A stretch of 64,000 nucleotides of DNA from Vicugna vicugna (lineage: Eukaryota). The notes beneath the pieces are model-generated. The model did no database searches. It was not told the DNA's origin and worked only from the letters and a program-made list of their open reading frames with translations. This document shows positions 1 to 12,662 of this stretch, in pieces (the first letter of the stretch is position 1; each line of letters opens with the position of its first letter). The position numbers and the translations under genes are program-made. The stretch covers positions 2,668,001-2,732,000 of the forward strand of contig MU058009.1 in the NCBI GenBank assembly GCA_013265495.1. Reading direction: 5' to 3'.

Positions 1-2201
1 GTACTCAGAGAATGTGAACTTGCCCGCAAGACTGCTGGCTTCCTTTGAAATAGTTCGGCCTACGAGTTTTCCTAGAGAGCTGTGTGACGACGTAACTGCT
101 CCTACTCTGTTTCCTACCCTGTTTTAACGCAGTGCTGAGCTGGTTGTGGGGACCCGGTGTGCACAGGCTGGGGACCCACAACCCCTCCTGCCTGCTGTTG
201 CTCGCGCGGTGTGATCGTGGGGGGACCCACCAGAGACCCCTGGGAGGGGTGCTGCTGAGGTCCTCCCGTCCTGTCTGCTGCCCGGCTCTGCTCCGGCATC
301 TGACCGCGCACAGTCATGTAGGATTAATTACGTTAACTGTAGATGAAGAATCATCCTTAAACGTACAGAGTCCACAAAGGCAGCTGGGTGTTTGGAGAAT
401 GAAAGGACTGAGGCCCCTCTAGAGTGTGAAGGGTGTGGGGGGTGGGGCATGGATCTGCAGACCCCCAGGGCTCTGTTGGGGGCCTGGAGCTGAGGCTCTG
501 TTCTGAGCTGATGGAGTAGGAGAGGAGGAGGAAGGGCCAGCAGACCTTGCCGGAGTAGCTTCCAGGAAGCTTCGGGGTGAAGCCTGCATCCTGACCTGTT
601 AGATTTGTTTAGGTCTACCCAGTTGAAAAAAAAAAAAAAAAGCAGTATTTTCTTCAATTTTTTGGTAGAAAATCTACACTGTGGTGTAGTATTTTATAGA
701 AAAGGCCTGTTTTGTGTGGTGAAAGTAGAAGGTGCGATCAGTGTGTTGAATTAACATGTGAGCCAGGGCCAAGGTGCCACTGGAGTGACCTGGGGGGCAG
801 GACCCGCGCTTCTTAGAACATCTCTGCTGTGTGGTGTTCAAGGCCCTTAATTCTGGGGAAGCTCGGCTTCTGGGTAACATCAGCCTTTTGCCTGTTCCCT
901 GTGCTGTTGTAGAAGACCCTGGATGTGCTCAGCCCCTTACAACGTGTGCGCGTCCGACCTGGGGACGAGCGATGTGGGGCGGCAGCCCCGGGGCCCCTCC
1001 GAGGACCCTGGCGCCCGGCCCTCCGCCGGGTGGGCTTGTCCTCCGGGTGTGGGACCGCCCTCTCCCGGCTCCGTGATCCGCCTGACGTGTGGCGGGTCAG
1101 CACGTGCTGGGTCTCGGGAGTACGTGGTTTGGTTTCCATTGCATTTCCATTTTTTCTCTGAGGCAGTCACTCTGGTGCTTTGCCATCACTTTACGTGATT
1201 AAAACAATGGCAAATGCAAAATTAAATTGCTTTCATCCTCCCTTGTAAAGGTCAGCGAGACATCCATCTACAATGAAAGGATCTTTCCCTTGAACTTTTT
1301 TTTTCATTTCGACCCTTCATGTTAATGGCTTCGAGCCCACATGATTAATCCGTGGGCTCAGTGCGCCCTCTTCAGAAAGGGGCCGGTGGCTGCAGGTGTG
1401 ACCAGGCAGGGCGGCCTTCCTGAGTAGCTTGTGTGACCTGCAGCCACTTCCTTACTGCGCACTGGGGTGGATGTGGCCCAGAGCGCCCCTCAGTTCCACC
1501 CTGGAAAGCTTAAAAGTCAATGACCACTTTTAATGGCTTTTTTTTTTTTTCTGGGACAACCAACCTTGGAACTTCTGCAGTCAGAAAAGGCAGTGAGCTT
1601 TGGCAGACAGGATGGTAGATAAATCTTCCTTTATCACTCCTTAAAATCGGGTTCATTTATCCTCAGCAGTGTTGAAAGAGTGGCTGATTTAATTAAACAG
1701 GAATAAACTAGTTCTGATGCTCACTGTGATGATCACTTTAGGCCGTTACTTCACTGAGCAAAAGCCCTGCCCCCAGATCACTCTCCTCACCTCACCTAGT
1801 CTGACCAGTGGTTTTAAAAAAAAAAAAAAAAAGACCAACTCTTTTCTTCTTTCACTCAGGAAAAACCTGCTTGCGTGTCTGGCGTGGTACAGATTTGGAT
1901 TCTTCTTTTACAGGACAGTTAGCAAGTGCCTCATGTGAACCAGATCAATAACTGGCCAGTGAAAGTTGTGACATTTTCCCTGAACTGGGAGCATTCTCTG
2001 TGCATAAATCCTTAGGTCCCCGAGAGGCACTGCACTCATTCTTGCACTGGAGTGGTCAGTAAATACGAGGGGTTCGTACTGTCCCTCTGACCAGCGGCTC
2101 TGCTGGACTCTGTGGAGAACGTGTCCCTTTGCAGAGGCAGGTGGATGTCCCGGCTGGCCCTGCTGCTCGCTGACAAGGTGTCCCCCGTCCTGTGCTTACA
2201 G

Positions 2202-2301
2202 GTGATGACACATCTGCATGTGATTGAAGAAAGGAGGAACCAGAGCCTCTCTCTGCTCTACAAAGTACCTTACGTGGCCCAAGAAATCCAAGAGGAAATT
2301 G
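2202..2301 (+). CDS. APLP2: APLP2 exon (end of E2 domain)
   Basis: ttacag|GTGATG...GAAATTG|gtgagt; [33 protein letters not shown]. Confidence 0.96.
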
Positions 2302-5300
2302 GTGAGTGTCCACTGTTTGCAGGGAGGTCAGGCGGGACTTCTGTCTAAGGCTCGCCGGCGGCGGTGGGAGAGGGAATCCGGATGAGCAGGGCCGTGAAGC
2401 CGGGCATTAGCGCGCCAGGGCTCCTGGACTCAAGGTCAGGTCCTGGCTGGGAGCCGCAGAGCCTCGGGTTTCACTGACCTTCACCCGGTTACCGGAAGGA
2501 AAATCTAGGGTGTGAAGTCCCAAGGGACTGGGCAAGTCTCCTGTTACCTTTTCCTCCTCAACTGCTGATGTGCTTCAGGGCACGTGTTTGCACACGTTCT
2601 CACTTCCTCTCCCTCCTCTGGTCTTTCTCTTCTTCATTTATTCAGCAAATGTTTGTCGTGTCTACTGTGTGTCCCAGAGGGAAATGTGCTCCAGTAGACA
2701 GAACTCCTGGAGCTCACACTATAGGAGGAGAGAACAGATGGGAAAACGGGTGTGGGGTGGGGGTCTGTGTGGGACGGGGAGAGGCTGCCCCAGGAGGGAA
2801 GCCTGAGATCCGAACGATGCGGAGGAGCCGTCCACGCAGAGACCACACAGAGGGGCCCTGAGCGCAGGAAGTGATAGTCACCTCAGAGGCCGACTGAAGC
2901 GACATTAGCAAAATCAAGGAGTTTGTATTGCGTTCTAGGATAACAGAAAGCTGTTGGATAGTTTTAAACTAGCAAGTGACTAGATCTGGATTACGCTGTT
3001 AAAAAGAATGTGAATTTTTAAAAAATCTCTTGACTGCCGTGTAGCCAGTTGATTAAAACTGAAAACCACCCAGGAAGCAATTGCACAAATCCAGGAGACA
3101 GAGGACAGTTGTGCGCAGAGAGGGGGGATCGGGGGAGACGGGGGTGTGGGTGGTCGGGAGGATGTATGTCAGAGGGGGCGCTGACGGGTGGATGGGGGAG
3201 GGGGCTGAGGCAAAGATGGCCTCGGATGACACCCAGGTTTCCGTCCTGGGCGGCTGAGTGGGTGGTGGTGCTGCATTTTACTGAGGTTGAGTGTTCTTTG
3301 TACTTGTTAAAACAGAAGTTGCCCTTGGACGTTAAGCGGAGGTGTGAGGTGGGCCACCAGTGGGAGGAGCGGAGGTCGGGGCGGGAGGCGCAGGATGCAG
3401 GTTTGGGAGTCAGGGTGTTTGGATGGTATTTAAACCTGTGCTACCAGATGAGACCACTTGACCAGAGTGTGTTGGTAGAGGAGTACCCAGGACGGAGCCC
3501 TGGGGTCCCCAGTGCTACAGTGTCGGGATGCCACCTCGGGTAGAAGGGAAGGAGAAGAGGACAGTAGGAGCTCGCGTGGTCCACCCATAAGGACACGAAC
3601 TAGCCCAGTTCAGGCTGTCGGTCCCGTGCCTAGAAGCCAGACCCTTCTGAAAACTGGGCTCCTGCCATATCTGTCTTTGTCAGATGAGCTGCTTCAGGAA
3701 CAGAGAGCAGACATGGACCAGTTCACCGCCTCCATCTCAGAGACCCCCGTGGACGTCCGGGTGAGCTCGGAAGAGAGTGACGAGATCCCGCCATTCCATC
3801 CCCTCCATCCCTTCCCGTCCTTACCTGAGAATGAAGGTGGGTATGATAAACAGCGCACCTTCTTGGCACTGGGGGCCTGGCAGGAAGAATGCAATTAGAA
3901 AACTGAAGTCAGATTTTGGGGCCAGGGTTGTGCTGGGGAGGCTATGTTCCTGGTGCAGGTTGGACGGAGGGACGGGAGACGAGGTTCACTCTGCGCACCT
4001 GCTACGTGCGGGCGCCTGTGGGGGCCTTCAGCCTCATCGGCAGGTTAGTAAAATGCCTGCCATGTTGCACACGGGTTGCTTAAAGCCTGCCAGTTTTCCT
4101 GGTCCTGTCCGCTGCCTCCAGTGTGGAGTCACTTTTCCTTCCATGTGGAGGTCACTCTGCCGCTTAGGTAGCACTTTCGTGTTCTCTGCGGCCGTGGTCT
4201 TTTCCTGGCGGTTTGGGGAGGCTGCAGCGGCGACGTGACTTGCTCGAGTCTGAGGCTGGTGACAAGCTGTCCCTCTGACCCCAGCGGTGAGAAGAGGCGT
4301 GCTGCTCTCTTCTGTCCCCTGCTGGTTCTCGATGTCTAAAGGCGCCTCTCAAAGCTGTGGGTCTGCGCCAGAAAAAAGCAAGCTGCCGACTCTGGCGCAC
4401 CGAGATCAGGGTGTGGAATCCATTTCTATTTATTTGCTGCTGCTGCTGGTGATAAAAATAGTGACTACAGCTACAGAGTGCTTCCCATACCATACAACCA
4501 GCCTTGGCTAGCGCTGTGCGTGGACGCTCTCATTTATATTTTTATCCTCAAAATAATCCTCTAAGGTAGGGCCTGGGAGTGTTGGCCCCGTTTGGGGATT
4601 CCAGGGTTTCAAGGGGTTAAGTGTCTGCCTGGCATCATGTAGCTTGTAGGTAGAGGGTAAGGATTTGAACCCAAGCCGACACGGTCCTACTGTCCTAGGT
4701 CCAGTGCCACCCTGACCAGGTACGGTGGCTCTGCAGCAGAGGCCCAGGCAGGGGGCATCCGGGTTAGCCTCCAGACCGTCACAGAAATGCCCCTAATTCT
4801 GTTATGTCAGAGGTACCGGCTCAGCCCATTTGACTCTCTGATACTAAACTGGGATCCGAGGAAGGAGCCGGGCGAACAGAGTGGTGCCGCCGCACCCTAC
4901 ACCCGCGCTCACAGACCTGCCTCCACGGGCTGTCGGTGGGGGCGTCTCGGACGTCTGTGAACTCGGCCCTTTTCTCCTTCTCAGAAAACCACAGTCCATA
5001 CTAACTTGTGTTTTTCTTATTTTCTAAGAAAAGTAACTTGGGGCTAAGCTCAGTAATTCTGGAATCTCACAGAAGTTCCCCCAAAAGACCCAAACCGACC
5101 GGCTTCTCTCTCCTGCCCTCTAGCCCTTAGCTGTAGATCTTCCCGCCTTGTGCTTTCGGGGTGTGGCGCGGGCGTGGTTGTAAGGGAGAGCGCTTTTGTT
5201 CACATTGTACAGAAATTCTAAGGTAGGAATTTTGAGAGAAACTTTTTTTTTCCTTAATCTTCTTTTATGCTGTTTGTTTCTGTCGTTTTCCTTCCCGCTA

Positions 5301-8300
5301 GACACCCAGCCGGAGTTGTTCCACCCAATGAAAAAAGGTTGGTTGTCAAAGATGTTCCCTGTAAGACCTTCATTCCTTTCACATCCCCGGAAGTTTCACA
5401 TTCTGTTTCATTCCATCTCCTGAGCTTTTCCACCTCATCCTTCAGGCGTGGCTGTGGGTGCAGGGACGGCAGCCCCGGCTCCCAGCGTCGGTGGGTCTGC
5501 TCACCAGGTGGCCACGCTGAGCTGTCCTTCTGGATGTCCAGAGAAGACAGGATAACCAAAGTCGATTTTTCATAAATCCTTTCAACCTGGGTAGACTTTT
5601 AAAAATGTGTCCAGTTTAACCAGGTTGGTTGCGAACTGTCGGGAGACACACAAAGAGGCTTAGCGTGGGGCAGAGAGTCGTTTTATTTTCCCTCCCCTTT
5701 TCCTCTGCTGCTGCCACTTTGCATCTTCCCCCTTCCTTTCAGCTGCCCCTTCCTTCCATCTCTGCCCACCTGTCTCTTGCCCGCTGTCTCATGTCCCTGG
5801 AGATGGAGCCCTGCTCCTCCAAACTCAGTAGAAGCTGATGGATGAAGCAGGTTGAGGCAAGGGAACTCCTGTGTAGCGAGTCCAGGTTTCAGATGAAGTT
5901 GGCCAGATGTGCTGAGCACTTGCATTCTTCATCTCATTTAACCCACTGAGCACAGGTGTGGGTAGGGTTTCAGCCCTTTTCTAGGTGAGGCATTTGAAGA
6001 AGCTCTGAGTTAAAGTTAGGAGTTTAAGAAGCGGTGGAGTCAGTTTGAACTCCGTCTTCAAAGACTGAAGTGTTTCTGTTTGGTAGAACGTGGTGTCGGC
6101 TGCAGCATCTCCCGGGTGGACGGGCGGCCCAGCCTCCGGGGTCATCGCGAACGAGGTCCCACGTTCACAGACTGCTTGTGCTGCCAGCGCTGGGCCCTGG
6201 CTGAGGGGTGGCGGTGGTGTGTGTGCACCAGCTGACTCTTCAGAACCACCCGCGTGTACCTGCTTTGTTTTATTCTCCTTGGATGTGCCTCTGGGTCACT
6301 GTGTGGACATTCCCCTGAACAACGTATCTTGGATATGCTTAAAGACAATTTTCTAAAAGTTTAACTGGCTTTCACCCTTACAGTTTAACTGTGATTAGTG
6401 GGTATAGTTTAAACATTAACTTTCGGTCTCCTGAGTTCCTTGTTTACGCGTTCTGTAAAACCAAAGTGGTTTCGATCAGTGTTTAAGAAGCACGTGGGTC
6501 GTAGCACCAAACAAGCCTTGGGACAGACTGCACTGGTGGTAGGACTGAATTAGCTGGGTCTGTGCCACATTATTTTTCAGATGGGATCCTGCCCTTGTGA
6601 CCTGTAAACTCTGCGGTGGGGGAAGGAGCACAGTTAGAATTTGTTAGACTCGGTCATGAACTTCCCACTGAGAGAGATTCCTCTTTCTCAAATAGCTGAA
6701 ATGCAGTGTTGCTGTTTCACTGATATTTTGAGACTACAAAAGCCAGCCCTGGTTTTACCCTGGAATCAAGTTGTGAAACTTCCTTAAAATGAAAGCTTTG
6801 GAACAAAGCTGTGTCGTCTTTGGCTGCCTTCTCACGAGTTAAGCGTGAGCTGACCTGGAGGTGCAGCGACTGCAGCCCAGTTTGCAGTGACTCGGGTCCA
6901 GCGCGGGTCTGGCTGTGAGCTGGACAGCTCTGCCGGGTGTCGTGTCACCACCCTTCTCGGGGACAGCAATGCTATGCACATTGTCTTGCCGGAATCTTAC
7001 TCACTTGCCGGTGGTCACCTTAGAATGCCGAGTATGCTGTCAGATCGATCTGTTTGTAAAAGGTTCATTGACTCGTAGGGGTCTGTACAGGACTAGATAT
7101 ATTATTATTAATAGGAAACTCGTGGGAGAGCTAGAAGCCACGTGCTCTGGAGCTAAAAATAACAAGGATTGTTCCTCACTTCTCCTCTCCCTGGGTTTCT
7201 GCTGCGTCTGGGCGTTGTACCTTGGAGTGCCAAGCACAGGTGACGTGGGCTCAGGTGATACCGGCCTTGACGAGAGCAGTGTTTCTGTTCTTGCTCTGTT
7301 CATGGCAGGGTGCCTGCCACCCTGGGGTTGGAATTCTCACTGTGTATGGAATGCTTCCTTCCTGTTCCCTCTCTCATGACCATCGAGGCGGTGACCATGT
7401 GTGATCTAGGCCCCGAGAGGGTTACGGCCTAGCGGGAGGTGCAGGAGAAAATCAGGGATCACGGTGACTTTAAGTGCTGCAACCTGGGATGTGTCCCTGG
7501 AGGATCTGCAGCTTGAAGGACAAAAAGGAAGGGTTTAAGGCTGGGGATGGTCTTTCAGGCAGAAAGAGTGGCCTGTGGAATAAAAGACGATGCTCAAGGC
7601 GAACCGTGTGGTGTGGCCGTGCTTCCGTTCAGAGGGAGCCCCGGCTGTTGAAGGGGCAGGTTGAGGGGTGGTAGGTGCTTAGTAACAGCCACAGGGGTTA
7701 CGTGTTCACCCGGGCTGGCATGCCTTTGGATTCAGCTTCTATGTCTCTTACAAAAAGCGTCTCTCCTGAAAGCTTGCGTTCCATTTTCCAAGTTGGACGC
7801 AAACCAGCGAGCACTCTCTCCTCCTCCACGATACCATCGGTCCCGTGTCGCTCATCCCTCGGGAGCACAGTTGCATCCTCGAAACGTGTGCGAGTAGCCT
7901 GTCGAGTGCGGGGGGAGGCGTTCGGTGAGGGCTCCCTGGCCCGCGTCTGTGAGGTTGGCGTGGGGTCAGCCCATCCTGGGAAACCCAGCTGTGCTCTCTC
8001 CACCCAGGGTCTGCGCTGGGAGAGCAGGACGGAGGACTGATTGGTGCCGAGGAGAAAGTGATTAACAGTAAGAATAAAGTGGATGAAAACATGGTGAGCC
8101 ATCTCTCTCTGCTGCCCTGCCATGTTAACTTTGAGAACAGCTGGAGCGAGTGGCCTTGTTCTAGCTGCCTTACAGACGGGTGGGCTCCGACACTCCCACA
8201 AACGTGCTGTGTCGTTTAGCATCTGGGCGTGAGAAGGAACAGAGAATTATTTTTCAGCAGCAGCCCATCTCTTGCTCTGCGCTGGAAAATATATTTGCAC

Positions 8301-10574
8301 CTAAAGGTATGAATAAAATATGAGAGGCCATGTCAAGTGAGTAGAGATTTAATAACTGAAAAAGGAATGGACTTGGACTTGGTTCTCACACTGCCTGAGG
8401 TTTATACCTCCTGTTAATGATTCCTGTAGCATTTTTGTCGCTTACACTTCTGGATCGTCCTTAACTGGGTTTGGTATTTAATCAGGGCTTCTTGGTGATC
8501 TGTCCTGAAACACCCCAACGACAGTTACCCAAGGGAAAATGCAGGTGACAGCCCTTGGAAGAGCAGCTGCTGTGCAGTTATCTGGCACCCACACTTGCTC
8601 CTTCATTTAGGGGTTCAGCGAGGGGACTTTGGTGAATGCGGCAGGACTGACGGGTCAGTGGGTGTCCATCAGGTGTCTGCTTCCCTCCACCAAAGGGTAA
8701 ACAGCAGAAGAGAAGCAGTTATGTTTCTGCTCAGTGTCCCCCCCCCCCCCCCCCCCCNNNNNNNNNNNNNNNNNNNNNNNNNNNNNNNNNNNNNNNNNNN
8801 NNNNNNNNNNNNNNNNNNNNNNNNNNCCCCCCCCCCCCACCCAGTTGGTGACATTTCCCTGCTGTTTCAGGTCATTGACGAGACCCTGGATGTGAAGGAG
8901 ATGATTTTCAATGCTGAGAGGGTCGGGGGCCTCGAGGAGGAGCCGGTATGTGTTTGTGTTTGGAACCTGCTGGCAGGTCCCACATCAGTCTGTTCTGTTC
9001 TGTCCCGTCTTCTCAGCTCAGGCGGAAACTGGGAGCAGTGCCTTCCCTCTTTAGTTACTAAACGTCCCTCGTCACCCCATTTTCCATACTTTTGGACAAG
9101 AACGCTCAAACTAGAATCTCCGTGGAGATTGGGAAGGGAGGGCTCTGCGCATCTGGGCGGTCACCGGGCTGCGAGGGAGACCCGACGGAGGGCTCACGGC
9201 TTCCCCAGCCCATCTCTCTCACCTCCACCTGCTCCATTTCAGGAGTCCCTGGGGCCGCTGCGGGAGGACTTTGGTCTGAGCAGCAGCGCCCTCATCGGCC
9301 TGCTGGTCATCGCGGTGGCCATCGCCACGGTCATCGTCGTCAGCCTGGTGATGCTGAGGAAGCGGCAGTACGGCTCCATCAGCCACGGCATCGTGGAGGT
9401 GAGCGCTGGGCGCCCCTCAGCGCGAGCTCTGCCCTGAGCCGCCAGCAGCTCTCAGGATTCAGACGTCTCGCTGGGGACCTCGCATCCTCGCCGGGTCATT
9501 AGGCCACTTGTTGGAAGTGAGCCCCGCGGAAGGATGGTGATCCTCGACCGGGGGCCACAGCCAACTTGGCGCGTTGATGTGGGCTTTGTGAGTGTGAGGA
9601 AGTCGCAAGGGCTGCAGAGGGTGAAACCTGTTCTGAGTGTTTCCTTAGCGTTTCTTTTTCCAGGTGTGTTAGATGTTTGCGAATGAAGGACTGCTGATAC
9701 TGTTTATTTATTGTTAGTTTAATGTTTTTAATCTGTTTTATAAGGAACAAAGCAGGTGTTTGACGGCTCAGGCAGCAATGGCCACATGGGTGAACCGCGT
9801 CTTTAAAATATGAAGTAGGAATAATATTCTTCTTTTTTGGTGGGGAAAAAAGCGACAGGAAGTTCAGAAAGAGGCAAAGCAGACTGTTTCTGTTCCATTG
9901 TCTGCGCACTTGTAATTAGAGCTGCTTTATTACGCTTGTGTTGGTGGGTGGTGGGAACGCCCAGAGAGTCTGGATTCTAGAGGAGGGAAAGCGTATGCTC
10001 TGGAAACTAGTTCAGATGCCTGTGTCTTAAGTTACGAGGTTTCACCTCCTGCTGGACGCTGACCTCATTACAGAATTCCAGGCTGGAGGAGCCCCGGGGG
10101 GTTGGTTGTCTGGCACCACTCCTTAGGTTACAGGCGTGGCTCACTGAGGCCGCCCCGCACCAGAGCAGCAGAGCTGAGCCTTGCTGTCACTGTGATGCTG
10201 AGAGACTCAGCTCACCGTTCTATCCACTCGGAGCAGGCGTTTAGGACTCCAGCTTTCAGAAGCCTGGCCTCTCTGACCCTCTTCTTTCCTCTCTCCTCCT
10301 CCGGGGTCCTCACCAGCTCTTGTTTGGTTCGCCTGGTGGAAACAGGGCTCTGGGCTGACTTTGGTCCCCGGGGAATCACACGTGCAGCTCAGGTCTCCTG
10401 ACGCCCTGGGAAGTCCTCCTAGGGTCATGCAGTGACCCCGCCCCCACCCCACCCCCATCTCTGTTCTTCCAGGTCGACCCAATGCTCACCCCAGAAGAGC
10501 GTCACCTGAACAAGATGCAGAACCATGGTTACGAAAACCCAACCTACAAGTACCTGGAGCAGATGCAGATTTAA
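2202..10574 (+). CDS. APLP2: Amyloid beta precursor-like protein 2, 3' part (5' exons upstream of window); join(2202..2301,3684..3836,5302..5337,8008..8093,8871..8945,9243..9398,10473..10574)
   Basis: Seven AG/GT-bounded exons total 708 nt in one frame: [47 protein letters not shown]...TM ([23 protein letters not shown])...[15 protein letters not shown], matching the APLP2 C-terminus. Confidence 0.98.
2630..3540 (-). mobile_element. Degraded L2-like LINE fragment
   Basis: ttcatttattcagcaaatgtttg...tactgtgtg is typical of a reversed L2 3' end, followed by purine-rich L2-like body; family from memory. Confidence 0.5.
3684..3836 (+). CDS. APLP2: APLP2 exon (juxtamembrane linker)
   Basis: tgtcag|ATGAG...AATGAAG|gtgggt; [51 protein letters not shown]. 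Confidence 0.96.
5302..5337 (+). CDS. APLP2: APLP2 36-nt alternatively spliced exon (12-aa insert)
   Basis: cgctag|ACACCC...AAAAAAG|gttggt; [12 protein letters not shown]; frame-preserving; long upstream pyrimidine tract. Confidence 0.92.
8008..8093 (+). CDS. APLP2: APLP2 exon
   Basis: acccag|GGTCTG...AACATG|gtgagc; [29 protein letters not shown] (not in the ORF track). Confidence 0.95.
8758..8826. other. Assembly gap (69 N) inside a poly-C tract
   Basis: N run flanked by C homopolymers on both sides. Confidence 0.99.
8871..8945 (+). CDS. APLP2: APLP2 exon
   Basis: tttcag|GTCATT...GAGCCG|gtatgt; [25 protein letters not shown]. Confidence 0.96.
9243..9398 (+). CDS. APLP2: APLP2 transmembrane exon
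   Basis: tttcag|GAGTCC...GTGGAG|gtgagc; [52 protein letters not shown]. Confidence 0.97.
10473..10574 (+). CDS. APLP2: APLP2 last coding exon (intracellular domain, YENPTY)
   Basis: ttccag|GTCGAC...[39 protein letters not shown]. Confidence 0.97.
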   Translation, partial: VDPMLTPEERHLNKMQNHGYENPTYKYLEQMQI

Positions 10575-11910
10575 GCGGCAGGAGCGCTGCGCCCGGCTGG
10601 AGTGGGGGCGCGGCGGGCGGCGGGGCTCCAGGCGCCTGGATCGACTACTGAGCAGCAGTTACTCCCAGAGGGTTTCATCTTCACTCGGACCTCCTGGGTC
10701 ACTGAGACTGTAAAGCGCTGCTGTAGAATCACGAGTTCCATGCTTTCAAATGGGTGAACAAATGTTAATATAAGTATATGATACATAAACCTTAAATGAA
10801 GTGAAAAAATGATCTATTGCAGATATTTGACTGATGTAGTTTTCCTTTTTTTTTTTTAAATTAATCAGGAATCCCACTTCCATTGTATTGTCTCACACGT
10901 ACTCGCTATAGAAACGGGAAATGTTGATTCTCAGCGATAGACTGTACATGCTGTATGCAGGCCGTTTGTTCCAGCTGCATTGTGTAAACCAGCTCTTTAA
11001 GGCTCACTGTCCTGTCCTGGTTTTTATTAAAAAAAAAAAAAGAAGAAGAAGAGGCAGTATTCCCTTTTAAATGAGCTTTCAGAAAGTTGCTGAGAAACCA
11101 GCTGAGCTAGGAGCCGTAACTGAAGTACACCGGGACCCCGTCTCAGAGCCACTGTGAAGGGCCAGTTCCTTGAAAGTCCGGTGCTCCCACCGCCGGGTAC
11201 CTTGGTGTCTCCGCACAAGGCCTGTCACCACGGAGGCGCCAAAGGCAAGCATTTGAGTTCCAGCGTCCTTCGGCCAGCCTGGTGTGTGCAGGTTAGGGCC
11301 CCTGCCGCCTTCCTCCTGAACCCAGTTCTCCCACAGAAAGTAGCCTGTAGTTTGTACGTGATTTTCTGCCACCGTCTGCCGTTGACTCACCGTGGCTTCC
11401 CACTGCTCACTCCTCTCCCGAGTCGTGTCCTGGGGTGCCCCCTCCCTCGCAGGGCATTTCGCCCCCGCAAAGGCATTGACCCCGAGTCCCCCGTGGTCCT
11501 CCGAGGCGATGCGGTAGGAGGCGGCCGACGGCCCGGGGAGAACGTGAGGGATTGCCTCCCCCTGGAAGGTGGGTGTTCTGGGTTGCACATGCAGTGATCT
11601 GTAGACCCCGTGGAAAGCTCTGAAGGTTTTGTTTTCTCCACTTGAGTCTTTGTGATGCTTGTATAGTTGATGTCGATGCTCACAGCTGCTGCTTTTCCTC
11701 TTTTTTTTTTTTTTTTTTAAATTCTGAAGGTTCTGGTAACCTGTGGTGTATTTTTTTCTGTTTCCCTGTGGCAGTCTTTTTTCTTCCTCCCCTCTACCCT
11801 GTCCATGTCTCTTCCCACTATGCACAGAGAAACTTCACCCACAAACTCCTTAATCTGATCTGTGGAGAATGTACAGTTTAAACACATCAATAAATACTTT
11901 AACTTCACCA
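10575..11910 (+). other. APLP2: APLP2 3'UTR (end approximate)
   Basis: Follows the stop codon and ends shortly after AATAAA at 11889-11894. Confidence 0.8.
11889..11894 (+). terminator. APLP2 polyadenylation signal AATAAA
   Basis: catcAATAAAtactttaac with a downstream T/GT-rich element (cttgttttatt). Confidence 0.8.
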
Positions 11911-12643
11911 AGACTCCTTGTTTTATTGGCCTAGAGTTAATCGTGGCGATGACTTTAACCCTCCTGCCCCGGGACGGCGGGCAGCTTCCTGACCTGGGGG
12001 TGACCGGCTGTGGCAGGGGCGGGAGCTGGTCCACTCAAGCAGGCTGGACTCCTGGGTTTGAATTCTGCTTTTACTTTAAGATAGAAGGAGGAAAGTGCCT
12101 TCAGCCTCAAGGCTGGTGCCTTTCATTGATCTCAGAGGAATAGTCTTTTATTGTTTCTTTAATGATTCCCTCCACTGTATTTTACGGTTCCTAAAATTCT
12201 GATTAAACTTTGGACCTCCCTGATTGCTCCTTTTTCTTTAGTTTTAGTCTATAATCTGGGCGATTGCTTTGTATTTTTAAAAATTCATTAGAGCAGCTTG
12301 CTTTATCTTAATATTTCTTGTAAAATTTCTTCTTTTTGTGATGACAAATCCACCTGAGTTTCTGCATCAGGATTTTTAAGGATTTCTTCTATGTGACCTG
12401 TTTCCTTTTGAGCTATTGATATCCTATAAATTCCTGTAAATGTGTAGGGATCATTCATTTGACCAAATGTAGGAATAAAGTACATGATTAGCTAAAAGGA
12501 ATAATATAAAAAACTCAAGAGTTCGGTGCAGCAAAATGTAATTAATGTTTATTAATATGAGACTTTCCTTGATCCTGGAAACTGAGTGGAGCCTGTGGCT
12601 GAATTGTCAGGAAGCTTTGCAGTTTCTGAGTTTTTCAAATAAC

Positions 12644-12662
12644 CTGCCACTAGGAGGCACTG
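12644..12662 (+). promoter_or_regulatory. Candidate CTCF site
   Basis: ctgCCACTAGGAGGCACtg resembles the CTCF core CCASYAGRKGGCRS. Confidence 0.5.

Noticed and set aside
8595..9437. 280-aa ORF as a single-exon gene or retained-intron isoform
   Set aside because: It chains two real APLP2 exons through an intron and an N gap. The 297-nt intron is stop-free in frame but has canonical splice sites and no other support for retention.
11079..11825. 248-aa minus-strand ORF
   Set aside because: Antisense to the APLP2 3'UTR; the poly-Lys comes from a T homopolymer.
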